IMG/VR virus record: IMGVR_UViG_3300027734_000094
Span: 1 to 53,672 of that record
Length of the DNA stretch: 53,672 bases
Strand: one strand, 5' to 3'
From: a virus
Taxonomy: Duplodnaviria > Caudoviricetes
Shown here: positions 19,101-26,714 of the stretch, in pieces
Position numbering within the stretch: position 1 is the stretch's first letter
Layout of the letters: the number at the start of each line of letters is the position of its first letter
The notes under the pieces: generated by a model
Told to the model about the DNA's origin: nothing
The model's input: the letters and a program-made list of their open reading frames with translations, nothing else
The model's database searches: none
Translations under genes and position numbers: made by a program

Positions 19101-19614
19101 GCATGAGGGGAACCCCCGCACCTCCCGTAGCAACAGCAGCCCCGATAAATGGAAGCGCAGAGCCGACAAGGTTAGCGGTTGACTCCAACGGCGAGGAAAG
19201 GAAGTTCTGCCCTGCAGCTGCGATCTCCCCCAGCGCGCCCTTACCCTTGGCGGCTTCGCTGCGCGCTGCGTTGATCTTCTCCTGCCCGCGAGATTCCGAA
19301 GAACGCAGATCGTGCGCGTACTGGCTCACATCTTCTAGCGCATTGGACGCGACGTTGCCCGCACCAAAGACATCAGTAAGGGTCTTGCCTACCCCAGTAA
19401 GACCTTCAAACGCCTGAAGGGGGATATCCGCAAGGTACGCTGCTGCGTTACCGACAACACCTGACCGCTCCAGAGCATTCTCAGGCTGCGGTGGGATACC
19501 CGCTTCAGGGAACTTACCTAGGACGTCTGCGACTACCTGCTGTTTGGTCAACCCATCAGGACCGTTAACGCGGTAAATAACGCCGTTCTTACCGGTGATC
19601 TGATAGGTGGGCAT
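13141..19614 (-). CDS. giant internal virion (ejection) / polyvalent protein with zincin-like motif
   Basis: 2157 aa, helical, last gene of the virion arm; HEGLGH..EEVLAE; hydrophobic stretches. Confidence 0.75.
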   Translation of the reverse strand: MPTYQITGKNGVIYRVNGPDGLTKQQVVADVLGKFPEAGIPPQPENALERSGVVGNAAAYLADIPLQAFEGLTGVGKTLTDVFGAGNVASNALEDVSQYAHDLRSSESRGQEKINAARSEAAKGKGALGEIAAAGQNFLSSPLESTANLVGSALPFIGAAVATGGAGVPLMLGAASGAGAIKGDIYDAMYRASREHGANEEQATAAATKAQEYGGENLDQIALGTVLGAVASATGLPRQISSAIGRRAAAKVAEAGVEREVVKRSLPRGMVAGAAEEAIPEAIQEGQEQYASNLAQKRAGYDVDLMSGVAGRAAEAGIASLIPGAYGGHREVRAGVAQDVKKELDALPPNATPEVKDAAVERFIQRGFSEEEARTVVKRMAAQKDALARQEEALRQQQEEERAARTAGAEPSPEPDINAPGMPGAEQEFAPPPVDPEEQAAMQQAYEQEAGGAPAQAAPTPVRTVFSPNEADALIRRIGVEPELQSEVEAATGLTLDDLYSIADSGPGPRYSRGRRPKDTETTDMFGALPMQEAPGEAAKREEFNAQRFTSSEEKAALQEQVLQEAQANQERAAALQQREAEQREETLGDIEYALRAQAPENAVYKVDYDPTDTNAPYKLVAETRLGKKPEEVLKAKTLQDFSDQVYGRMMELTPYIPEAPAALEELESPARVEQEAPTVATRMVQSFVSEVDAAREAGQIDNNQRAQLLQRMNRPNAYRMVNGKQVANDAIAKLEKAALDAASTARNASAEEKEAAEAARMEANQRLRAAVKNGLLNPARAALKTMVETRQDEKLGAKQRIGNAAVQERLGRAEGADTKAEKVEARDARIDLKEAKVQKYRRGAAKPARGTPIEQVQALVDNIVSKWKSTNPVTVVKSVADIKDARLRAAIERDGATDARGLVAPDGTVYLIADNIDSIEDVKAVLFHEGLGHVGLAKLFRNNLDGVLTALYRGNANLRAEVDKWRKANSGAYAQDANPLARAVEEVLAERSEVGVLEPTIMQRLATVVRDFARRLGFSLKISDGDVAAILRAAHDMVVDGKQESTAVKGMRYIGATLVPKYARPKTSKPNAKKLKSATEALSKGAQRVKNTFSTAGLNDGMEEMASAHDSSIYQKAVTENIDAISPKFMEGMATAMPTSGLLNWAKSLYSPQFHTALAAVDDYVHKMNSMKNRINEHSDKVARLIRNFVDKYGSAQLATAMFTSRINEVSPDEFATRDEALTNNKVLVEIEKRIVANSNDKALAKRTIAEIKELVAKGKGDLRPKLKALTTTAIDNTKVSAQVEQLTEMTRRIRDTYDAWEKLGEQKNGHKVYLQMREFYKDMFDAELALLDERINSVTDKEQATRIQDMRAKLMREISTPDDAKKSGDIFWDINSDLFAKDYFPLMREGKYWLRVSEDKASGREEEFHTFESVRELQRAQKAVAARLGVDPEKNSGVIKTGYDIAELQDQIKGEDAILQRVFDIVEKARSQTNSTGRTDMDELVGAIYETWLQTTPERSVRRRLMRAKEIAGFSPNVELHFRQQATSYANQLSKLAYAGRIRGAVDIARDIANEKERPTTERAKMGIFVRELEKRANQELKPDPQNAAMNLMNRAAYYYYLTSASTAMFNMTSIPIRVVPRLWRDYGVAKGTAMWVKYMQVWDSLGRVKVNREHTTFGDRIDAIMPNVNGSHFVKSNADLQWAMRAGKERGILDMVTDTLVQNERSVPKVRGTGVKRVVQDTGAVTGKMMSFLFTGTENITRQSAYYMTFELALDKYQKQNPNATEEEARNYALEQAVSVVRDTLGDFSSFERPSLAKGTYTRPLFLFKMHPLLQTKFMVGAIRDMAVGTGAERAGAVKEFSGVMMMAGMFGGLMGMPLYSAMTYAFMAAFGYDDDDDEDVRAMMASDDPRTAYNPDIFFRSWMNDKFGAIEVGGMSLADILTTGPISALTGTETASRTTLDLKNMWFRDAVAGDSMEDTAVQTAIANIAGLSMVAQYLRALDSFKEGDTKGGLTKIAPAFARSWVTAAYNASEGIKNRRGDVLIPKGELTAADSFRDMLGLRSPRLGRIQEYYITRAKNETRIEGERKGILNSIERKAMAGEFKTQDDFRQFWEDNVVPFNRTYPDPEFVISMKTVQESMKSRGKIRARTVEGVQFDKKTAPKDIAAQRRFVQ

Positions 19615-19626
19615 TGGTTAATCCTG

Positions 19627-21264
19627 CTACATCTGACCGTAGTCTGTAGTTACCACTTGTTGCTTACCGCCGCCAGTGGGGGTCACTACCGGAAGCCCGG
19701 TGCTAGGGTCAAAGCCTCCTGACTGTTGACCACTCGGCATACGGTTAACGACTTCCTGCATCGCCATAACACGCAGCTCTTCATTGCTCTTGGAGTTCGG
19801 CGGTAGACGTTTACCGTTGACGATCAAATTGCCAATAGCGTTACGCCGCACGTAATCCGCAAATATATCTTTGGCAAAGCGCTCCCTGAAGTCCAACGAC
19901 TCCGGACGCATAGCTGCGATATCCCTCTGAGCCGCAATCTCTTCGCGGGTGAGCTCGCCCTGCTGCTTCAGCCTCTCTACATCAAGCCCGTACCCCTTCG
20001 CAAACTGCTCGGCACGGATGCCTTCCTGCCACAGCGGGACAACTGCCTTGAAGTTCTCCGCAGCCTCCTTGCGGTCGCGGGCACCGAGCTCCATGAGACC
20101 TTCGATAGCGCGATCCTTCGTCTCCTTGCGCTCCTTCTTGCTGGCGCGGGCACCCGGCAGTGCAGCTGCTGCTGCTTCACCAATAGCCTGCAGGACGAAC
20201 GGCGATTTGGATGATGCCATGTTGAAGCCGATTTCTGCGAGCGTAGCCCACATGTCTTCCTTGCGCTGCTTCTCGTAATCCTCGTCTGATGCACGTTCAG
20301 TCAGCATAGCTCGGTACTTGTCCGTAGCCGCGACCTCGTCATCCGACTTCTTGTTGATCGTACCCATCATACCCATAAGGTCTTGCAGCGACCCCGCACG
20401 GCCAGCGGCTGAGTCTGTATTACGTTCAGGTATCGCAGCTGCAGCGTTGAGACCACCAAGTTCGGAAACGTAGTTGCGTGTCTCGCTCGGGATACGCTCT
20501 GCGGGGGAGCCTGCATCGCGCCACTTCTGGTAGTTACCCGGACCCCAGTTATAAGCCATGGCCCCGCCAACATCACCGTACTTCTTACGTAGGGCCAGCG
20601 CGAGATCACTACCGACGCGGTTGTACTCCTCCGGAGTCTCCGCAGAAACAGGGTCTACACCATAGCCGGGATCACGTGCGGTCGAAGGCAGTACTTGCAT
20701 AGCATACATCGCACCAGCCCGACTGCGCAGCGGCTTGCCGTTTTTATCGTAGTCGCGGCCCCGGCTCTCTTTGCGACGGATATAGTCAAGGTACTCCTTG
20801 TCCGTCATGCCACCCCCAGCAAACGCAACCAGACCGCCGCCTGCGTAGCCCTCGTCGAAGCCGCCATTGCTCGACTCGTCGAACATGGTGTCGGGGATAT
20901 CGAGACCGACGATACCGCCTTCGGCCATACCCATAGGGGGACCTTCAGGTGCGGGCATAGCGCCCATTTCGGGCGGCGGTGCCATGGACGGCGCACCCTG
21001 CGGCAGCGCTTCCAACCCCCCGGGAGAGGCAGGAGAGGGCGGGGAGGCGGCGGGTGCACCGCCCATGACCTGTTGGGCGACTGTGGGAGGATTAGCACCT
21101 TCCATAGTCTGCGGACTACGCATGCGATCAATGAACATACCGGCAAGGACGCCAGCCGTGGGATCGACGATACCAAGCTGCATAGCTTGGCCGATCTTCT
21201 GTTTGTTGCCACCGTACTCCTTGGCGATGTCTTCCGGCGACTGGATGCTGAACGGCTTAGCCAC
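19627..21264 (-). CDS. internal virion protein with lytic transglycosylase (SLT) domain
   Basis: KESRG, GAMYAMQVLPSTA, AMAYNWGPG; MAEGG/YAGGG/FAGGG motifs. Confidence 0.85.
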   Translation of the reverse strand: MAKPFSIQSPEDIAKEYGGNKQKIGQAMQLGIVDPTAGVLAGMFIDRMRSPQTMEGANPPTVAQQVMGGAPAASPPSPASPGGLEALPQGAPSMAPPPEMGAMPAPEGPPMGMAEGGIVGLDIPDTMFDESSNGGFDEGYAGGGLVAFAGGGMTDKEYLDYIRRKESRGRDYDKNGKPLRSRAGAMYAMQVLPSTARDPGYGVDPVSAETPEEYNRVGSDLALALRKKYGDVGGAMAYNWGPGNYQKWRDAGSPAERIPSETRNYVSELGGLNAAAAIPERNTDSAAGRAGSLQDLMGMMGTINKKSDDEVAATDKYRAMLTERASDEDYEKQRKEDMWATLAEIGFNMASSKSPFVLQAIGEAAAAALPGARASKKERKETKDRAIEGLMELGARDRKEAAENFKAVVPLWQEGIRAEQFAKGYGLDVERLKQQGELTREEIAAQRDIAAMRPESLDFRERFAKDIFADYVRRNAIGNLIVNGKRLPPNSKSNEELRVMAMQEVVNRMPSGQQSGGFDPSTGLPVVTPTGGGKQQVVTTDYGQM

Positions 21265-21274
21265 TTATATCTCC

Positions 21275-22246
21275 TTAACCTTGGAGCATCTTGTACGTGC
21301 TATACGCACCAAGCCCGCCGCCAAGCAACTGCGATGCCACCGAGGGGGGCGGAGCATACGAGGTCTGTGTGCTGTTGAGCTGCATCGGGAGGCCGCGCAG
21401 CAGGTTGCTGAAGTACCCCAGCTGCTCCATCGGGTAGTCGCGCTGGCGCAGGAAGTCACCGTACTGCTGGTCAAGATACTGCTGCTGCATCTGCTGCTGC
21501 TGGCCCGCTGCCGCGCCCTGAGCCCCGAGGCGTTGGATATCCGCGTTCTGCTGGTACTGGCCAAGGTTACCAAGTGTCTGACCCATCTGCCCCGCAGCCT
21601 GCAGCCCTGCAAGGCCTTGACCCGCACCGAACTGACGCGACTGCTCCGAGAGGCGCTGGGATTCCATCCCTGCCATGCGGTCACGCTCGAACTGGCTCTG
21701 CGCGTTCTCGTACGCCGCCTGCTGACCGCGCGCCTGAATATCGCCAAGCTGCGTACCCAGATTGCGCTCCCGCTCAAGGGAGGCAAGGAGCTGGCGGGAG
21801 CCACCATAGGTACCCTGACGCGCAGCACCGAGGTCTTCGGCAAGCTGCGACTTCTGAGCATCCCGCGTAGCTTCGCGCTTCTGCACGTCCATAACATTCT
21901 GGGCGTACGGAGACATGTACTGTTTGGCTTCAGCCCCGCCAAACGAGCTCGCGTTGAACTGCTTCGGGTCGTACTTCTGGTTAAGCGCACCGAGGCCCGC
22001 CTGATACGCAAGTGCCGAACCAGTACCGAACTGGTTGGGTGACCCCATCCCGAGCGTGTTCTGCTGAATCTGCTGCTGCGCAGGTGTGAACCCGGCAATC
22101 CGCTGACCGCTGTAGGGAGTGTACTGCTGGTATGACTGCGCCTGCGCGCGGTTCATCATGTTCTCGAAATACGGACGTGCGTATTCCGGCAGGTTCGACG
22201 TAGTACTTGTTACGTTCTGTTGGGTTGGTGTGCTAGGACTACCCAT
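21275..22246 (-). CDS. internal virion / DNA pilot-like protein
   Basis: Q/G/A-rich, YMSPY..V, GGSRQ; synteny. Confidence 0.7.
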   Translation of the reverse strand: MGSPSTPTQQNVTSTTSNLPEYARPYFENMMNRAQAQSYQQYTPYSGQRIAGFTPAQQQIQQNTLGMGSPNQFGTGSALAYQAGLGALNQKYDPKQFNASSFGGAEAKQYMSPYAQNVMDVQKREATRDAQKSQLAEDLGAARQGTYGGSRQLLASLERERNLGTQLGDIQARGQQAAYENAQSQFERDRMAGMESQRLSEQSRQFGAGQGLAGLQAAGQMGQTLGNLGQYQQNADIQRLGAQGAAAGQQQQMQQQYLDQQYGDFLRQRDYPMEQLGYFSNLLRGLPMQLNSTQTSYAPPPSVASQLLGGGLGAYSTYKMLQG

Positions 22247-22247
22247 A

Positions 22248-22667
22248 TTAGACCCCTACCTCAAAATGCTGACTGGTAAGTTTACTGCCGTCTGGCCTGA
22301 ACACTCTAGCCCAACCAACACGCCCACCGGCTTCTATAGCATCGCACTCGTTATCCCTAGCCCAAGACTTGAGTGTTTCAAACATGGGAGTTTTCCAACC
22401 CCAACCGTCAGTGCCACCGCAATACTCTATGAACAGGTACTTCTTCCGTGGGTACTGCACAAAACGGGTTATGACGACGCCCTTAATACCGTCTTCGTTG
22501 AACGCAATCCACAGCGGATATCCATACTCAACTAGGAGAGAATACACGTCTTCCAGCTCGTACTTACCCGACGCATGCTCCAGCGCGCTGGTAATATACG
22601 GCGCTACGTCTGGCCACACATCATCGATAAGTCCTTGCGGTACAAGGGAAACCTTATACTCGCTCAT
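22248..22667 (-). CDS. GNAT-like virion assembly protein
   Basis: WA...C..IE..GR.GW pattern; located between nozzle and ejection genes. Confidence 0.55.
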   Translation of the reverse strand: MSEYKVSLVPQGLIDDVWPDVAPYITSALEHASGKYELEDVYSLLVEYGYPLWIAFNEDGIKGVVITRFVQYPRKKYLFIEYCGGTDGWGWKTPMFETLKSWARDNECDAIEAGGRVGWARVFRPDGSKLTSQHFEVGV

Positions 22668-24490
22668 GCAAGCCCCCTACGTAGGTGGGTATCCGTACCA
22701 CGCCCCGCGCGTTTGCGCGCCTTATGAGCCTTGTCCATGAGAGCGTAGAGCTTCTTGGTGCCGCGCTTCTCATCGCCGCCACCCACACGGCGCACCGCCT
22801 CGGACGAGAAGATTACCTCATCACGGGCTACACGCGCTTCCTGCTTACCTCCGATACGCGCAGGGACAGAGTCGCTCACACCATCACCAGCGCCGCGAAC
22901 CGGGTGCCCGCCCATACGCGAGAGAAGCTCAATACCCGCGTTGCTGCTACCATTACCCAGCTCAGAGACCGTACGCGCATCCACGACGAACGAGCCATCG
23001 TTCATATTGATCTTACCGCCAGTAGCCACTTCTACCCGCTTGGTACGGTCGCCACCCGCCCCACCATAGCGACTGTAGTACTCATATGGTGTGGTAGGCG
23101 TGGGTGTAGCCGGAGTCTTGGTCGCAGGCGTAGGCGTAGGCGTAGGCGTAGGCGCAGTTACATACTTGGAGAGGTCGATGGGGCCGTAGCCGGGAATATT
23201 GATTACCCCTCCAGAAAACCCAGCGCCCGTGCTAGTGCTCACCGGGGGAGTCTTGAAAGCATGCGCCTCTTCTTTCATCGGCGCAGCGGACTGGACCGGG
23301 TACATAGAGGCAGTAACCGGGCCGGGGCTGCTAGACTGGAAGTAGGACACGAGGTCATTGAAGCCTGCGTCCTTGGAGGGGGCCTTGGCAGTGCCGCCCT
23401 CAGCTAGACCATAGACACTGCGCTCCTGCTCCGTAACCTCACTCGACGGGCGGTAACCCGGCACAGGGTTGGACGGCGTAAAGTACATAGCTTCCGAGCT
23501 ATCCATGTTATACGGATCATACGGCCTAGGGGCAGAGACTTGGCGGGGGCTAGGGAGGTAGGGACCCTTATAGTTAGACTTTTCCTTACTCGGATCGTAC
23601 TTAGGCATATCAGGGGTAGCCACCTGAGACACGGTGTTCAGCACGCCGGAAGCCGCCAGCATAGGCGCGGCGTTAGCGATAATACCCTTCGGGAGCCCCG
23701 CCTTGGCGGCATCACCGAACTTAGAGAAGAAGCCCGCGCCATTAGCGCCAGTCTGTGCGGCTGAGTTTGCAAGCGCTGCCTGCCCTGTCGCTGCGGCGGA
23801 GGCCGGAGTAATAGCCCCTCCAAAAACGGGCGCAGTTACGTTACCCATACCAGCCGGTGCAGCGATAGTGGGGGCAACACTGGGTATAGCAGTAGCAGCA
23901 CCAGCCCCCATATTAGCACCGAGAATACCGGCCTTGTCGCCCAGTGCACCGAAGGCATTCGAAGATAGCTCACCACCAAGACCAGCAGCGCCAGCAAGGG
24001 AAGCGCCACCGAATGCACCGAGGCCTGCCATGAGACCCTTCCTCAGGTCACCTGTGAGTGCAGTCTGACCAAGGCCTACGATACCAGCAGCGAGGGGGGC
24101 ACCAACGCCGGTAGCCGCCAGAACGCCGCCTAGCAGTGTGGGCAGCAGCTTGCCGAGCCAGCCAGCTTCAGGAAGGCCAGTGTGGGGGTTAGTGGTAAGA
24201 GAGCCACCCGACGCCATAGCCAGACCCTGCAGGCTGTTAACCTCGTTAGGGGTCATGTGGACAAGGACGGAGTCATCACCACGACCCATATCCTGAAGCT
24301 GCTTCGCCATCGGGTTACTAGCAACGGAGAGGCCCGGCTGCGCTGGAAGGCCACCGGTAGTACCGGGAATTTGCGGACCCAGAGTAGGACCAGTGGACAT
24401 ACCGGACCCACCCGCTGGGGTATAGGGGGAAGTCATCTGGGGAGGAGCCGTGAGCGCTTGCATGTAATCACCCTTACCGTATGGCGGCAC
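22664..24490 (-). CDS. internal virion protein with tape-measure-type GxGDGxSDSVPA domain
   Basis: GRGDDSVLVHM..NPHTGLPEA, glycine zipper, DGSFVV, GAGDGVSDSVPARI..DEVIF; start may be 24463. Confidence 0.7.
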   Translation of the reverse strand: MPPYGKGDYMQALTAPPQMTSPYTPAGGSGMSTGPTLGPQIPGTTGGLPAQPGLSVASNPMAKQLQDMGRGDDSVLVHMTPNEVNSLQGLAMASGGSLTTNPHTGLPEAGWLGKLLPTLLGGVLAATGVGAPLAAGIVGLGQTALTGDLRKGLMAGLGAFGGASLAGAAGLGGELSSNAFGALGDKAGILGANMGAGAATAIPSVAPTIAAPAGMGNVTAPVFGGAITPASAAATGQAALANSAAQTGANGAGFFSKFGDAAKAGLPKGIIANAAPMLAASGVLNTVSQVATPDMPKYDPSKEKSNYKGPYLPSPRQVSAPRPYDPYNMDSSEAMYFTPSNPVPGYRPSSEVTEQERSVYGLAEGGTAKAPSKDAGFNDLVSYFQSSSPGPVTASMYPVQSAAPMKEEAHAFKTPPVSTSTGAGFSGGVINIPGYGPIDLSKYVTAPTPTPTPTPATKTPATPTPTTPYEYYSRYGGAGGDRTKRVEVATGGKINMNDGSFVVDARTVSELGNGSSNAGIELLSRMGGHPVRGAGDGVSDSVPARIGGKQEARVARDEVIFSSEAVRRVGGGDEKRGTKKLYALMDKAHKARKRAGRGTDTHLRRGLA

Positions 24491-24503
24491 TTATAACGCT
24501 AAT

Positions 24504-24806
24504 TTAGCCGGAAGTCACGGTCTGCCACGCAGAGCCATCATAGACGCATAGCTTACCTAACGTCGTATCAAAAACCACCCATCCCGCTTCAGGAGTAAGC
24601 GCGTTCTTCTGCGCAGTGGTCACCCGCTTTGCAGCGAAGATGCCATTGAACGTATCCGCCGTGTACTTTGACGCATGGTTGGCAGCAGTCGAATCCAACT
24701 GTGAGAAGTAGAGCTCAAGCACGCGCAACACCTGCCGCATATACTGCGGGTCCCAGTGTGAAGGGGGATTAGGGAGCGGTGGAGCTTTGAACTTATCAAG
24801 GGCCAT
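24504..24806 (-). CDS. small tail-associated structural protein
   Basis: Start MALDKF coupled (TAATG) to upstream gene; GWVVFDTT..L.VYDGSAW. Confidence 0.65.
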   Translation of the reverse strand: MALDKFKAPPLPNPPSHWDPQYMRQVLRVLELYFSQLDSTAANHASKYTADTFNGIFAAKRVTTAQKNALTPEAGWVVFDTTLGKLCVYDGSAWQTVTSG

Positions 24807-26704
24807 TAGCGTGTCCCATCCTGCCGTGCGTCTAGGCGCGGCGCACCCAGCTGCCACTGAACACCAAGCCCATCAGACATCACCTTGAGTGCCATCTGGC
24901 GCGCACGTGCGCGAATGAAGACCTGCTCGGTGTACTGATCGACACTCGTCTTAATGACGCTACCGTAGTCCTCACTACTCCCCTGCAGGCTGCTGCCGGG
25001 GAAGTTACGGTACCGTGTCTCAAGGGTAACTTCTGGCGATACTGCAGTGGAGCTACCAAAGCTAATGTCGGGCAGGATGCGCCGGGTCAGCATAAAGTTG
25101 TCGCCGTCACCGAGGTCAAAGTCACTCGACTCGATATAGCTCTCCATAGCCACACCATCAGCATCAAGGCCATATTCATGGTTGTAGAGGTAGCCTGATG
25201 TAGCGCCACCAGCAGTGTTTGCAGCCTGAGGATAGTGGCGGATTGGCGTATCTAGCCAAGCAGTGCGCGCAAGCGAGCCGTAGTACCAGATGCGTTCTAA
25301 GTGGTTATAGACCACATAGGCGTCGTTATAGTCGCTATCCGCAGTGGGGTAGAACCACCAGACCTCGTTCCACTGCTCATTGGTACCGCAAACAATCTGA
25401 TCAGCTTGGAACATATTGATGTTGTTGAACACATGGTCGCGCAGAGTGCATGGCAGGGTCTCGACGCGCCCGGTATAGGCGTAGAACTTATCTTGCCCCA
25501 TCCAGTAGGTAATGCTTGCTGCCGTGGTGACTGCACGGGGTGATGCTATGGAGATGTTGTCTGCGTACTCCTGCAGAGCAAACACGTCAGTCGTGCCGAG
25601 GAACTGTAAGGTATATAGATGCGAATCAGTCCAAACGAGAATTTCCTGCCTCGTCGGCAGTGCACGCACAATGCGGGAGCCGCGTGAAACCCTGAGATCG
25701 CCAGCGCTATTAGTGATTGTCGGAGTCCAGTCTGCAGGAGTACTCTGATCTGCCCAGCGGATCAGCATAGGGTCAAAGTCGTTAACCATCGTAGACCCGA
25801 ACGGTACTGCGCCAAAGGCGATGAGGTGGCGGTCTTGCTGGGAGACCATGAGCTGCATAACCTGCGAAGGTACAGCGTCGGGGTCAAAGCCTTGGCCTGC
25901 GGCATATTCCTGCAGTGTGACCGCATGCACATCTACGTCGGGGACGTAATCAACTCCGTTGCCCCACCAATAGGCAGGGCCATTACGGATGTTCATAACT
26001 AGGTCGTTATCAAAGTTATCGAAGAACCAGTCGCGCTGCTGGAGTGGCACCCCCGATGGGGGTGTAGATGCGCTACCCCACGCACCTCGACTCCACGTGC
26101 TCGTGCCCCATCCATAGCCCAGAGTGGTTATTGCGTTATAGGGTTCGATCTCAGGCTGGACCTTATAGTCTACGTCGCTAGCTGAGTTATTCGAGGTAGC
26201 AGCAGTAGAAACGGTATACGTAAATGTATTGGCCCCGGTGACCGTTACTACGTGAACACCATTAAGCTGTTCAGCCGGAATACCGCCAACAGGAGAGACA
26301 AAACCGCTGACTTTTACAGGCTCGCCGGTAACTACTTGCGAGGGAAGAGCTGTAGTAGTGGTTACGGTAACTACATTAGACGTATTAGACACCGCGAAGG
26401 TATTAGACCCAACCAGTGGGTCGGCGAAAGGGGTGATATCAGAATACACACCATTGATCTCAAGGTAGACCTTGGTGTTAGTGCCCAGTGCGAGGATATT
26501 GGTCGAGTATGTGGTGCTCCAGTTCCACATATGCCTACAATAACCACTAAATGCGGTGGGGGTCGCCTTAGCCCAACCCCCTAGCTTCTCTGGGTATCCG
26601 GAACGGAAACGAATCTTGTCGCACTCGTACCACCCACCCTCGTTCGAGTAGGTAGTCTGGTCCCGGTTAACCCCCGGCTTGAACTGGAGCTTGATGAAAG
26701 GCAT
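24806..26704 (-). CDS. tail nozzle / stabilisation (tubular protein B-like) protein
   Basis: Start MPFIKLQFKPG; beta-propeller-like content, IRWADQ, EVWWFYP; podovirus synteny. Confidence 0.7.
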   Translation of the reverse strand: MPFIKLQFKPGVNRDQTTYSNEGGWYECDKIRFRSGYPEKLGGWAKATPTAFSGYCRHMWNWSTTYSTNILALGTNTKVYLEINGVYSDITPFADPLVGSNTFAVSNTSNVVTVTTTTALPSQVVTGEPVKVSGFVSPVGGIPAEQLNGVHVVTVTGANTFTYTVSTAATSNNSASDVDYKVQPEIEPYNAITTLGYGWGTSTWSRGAWGSASTPPSGVPLQQRDWFFDNFDNDLVMNIRNGPAYWWGNGVDYVPDVDVHAVTLQEYAAGQGFDPDAVPSQVMQLMVSQQDRHLIAFGAVPFGSTMVNDFDPMLIRWADQSTPADWTPTITNSAGDLRVSRGSRIVRALPTRQEILVWTDSHLYTLQFLGTTDVFALQEYADNISIASPRAVTTAASITYWMGQDKFYAYTGRVETLPCTLRDHVFNNINMFQADQIVCGTNEQWNEVWWFYPTADSDYNDAYVVYNHLERIWYYGSLARTAWLDTPIRHYPQAANTAGGATSGYLYNHEYGLDADGVAMESYIESSDFDLGDGDNFMLTRRILPDISFGSSTAVSPEVTLETRYRNFPGSSLQGSSEDYGSVIKTSVDQYTEQVFIRARARQMALKVMSDGLGVQWQLGAPRLDARQDGTR

Positions 26705-26714
26705 CAGCTGTCCC

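Noticed and set aside
23128-23153. (GGCGTA)n hexamer repeat
   Set aside because: Encodes an ordinary Pro-Thr linker
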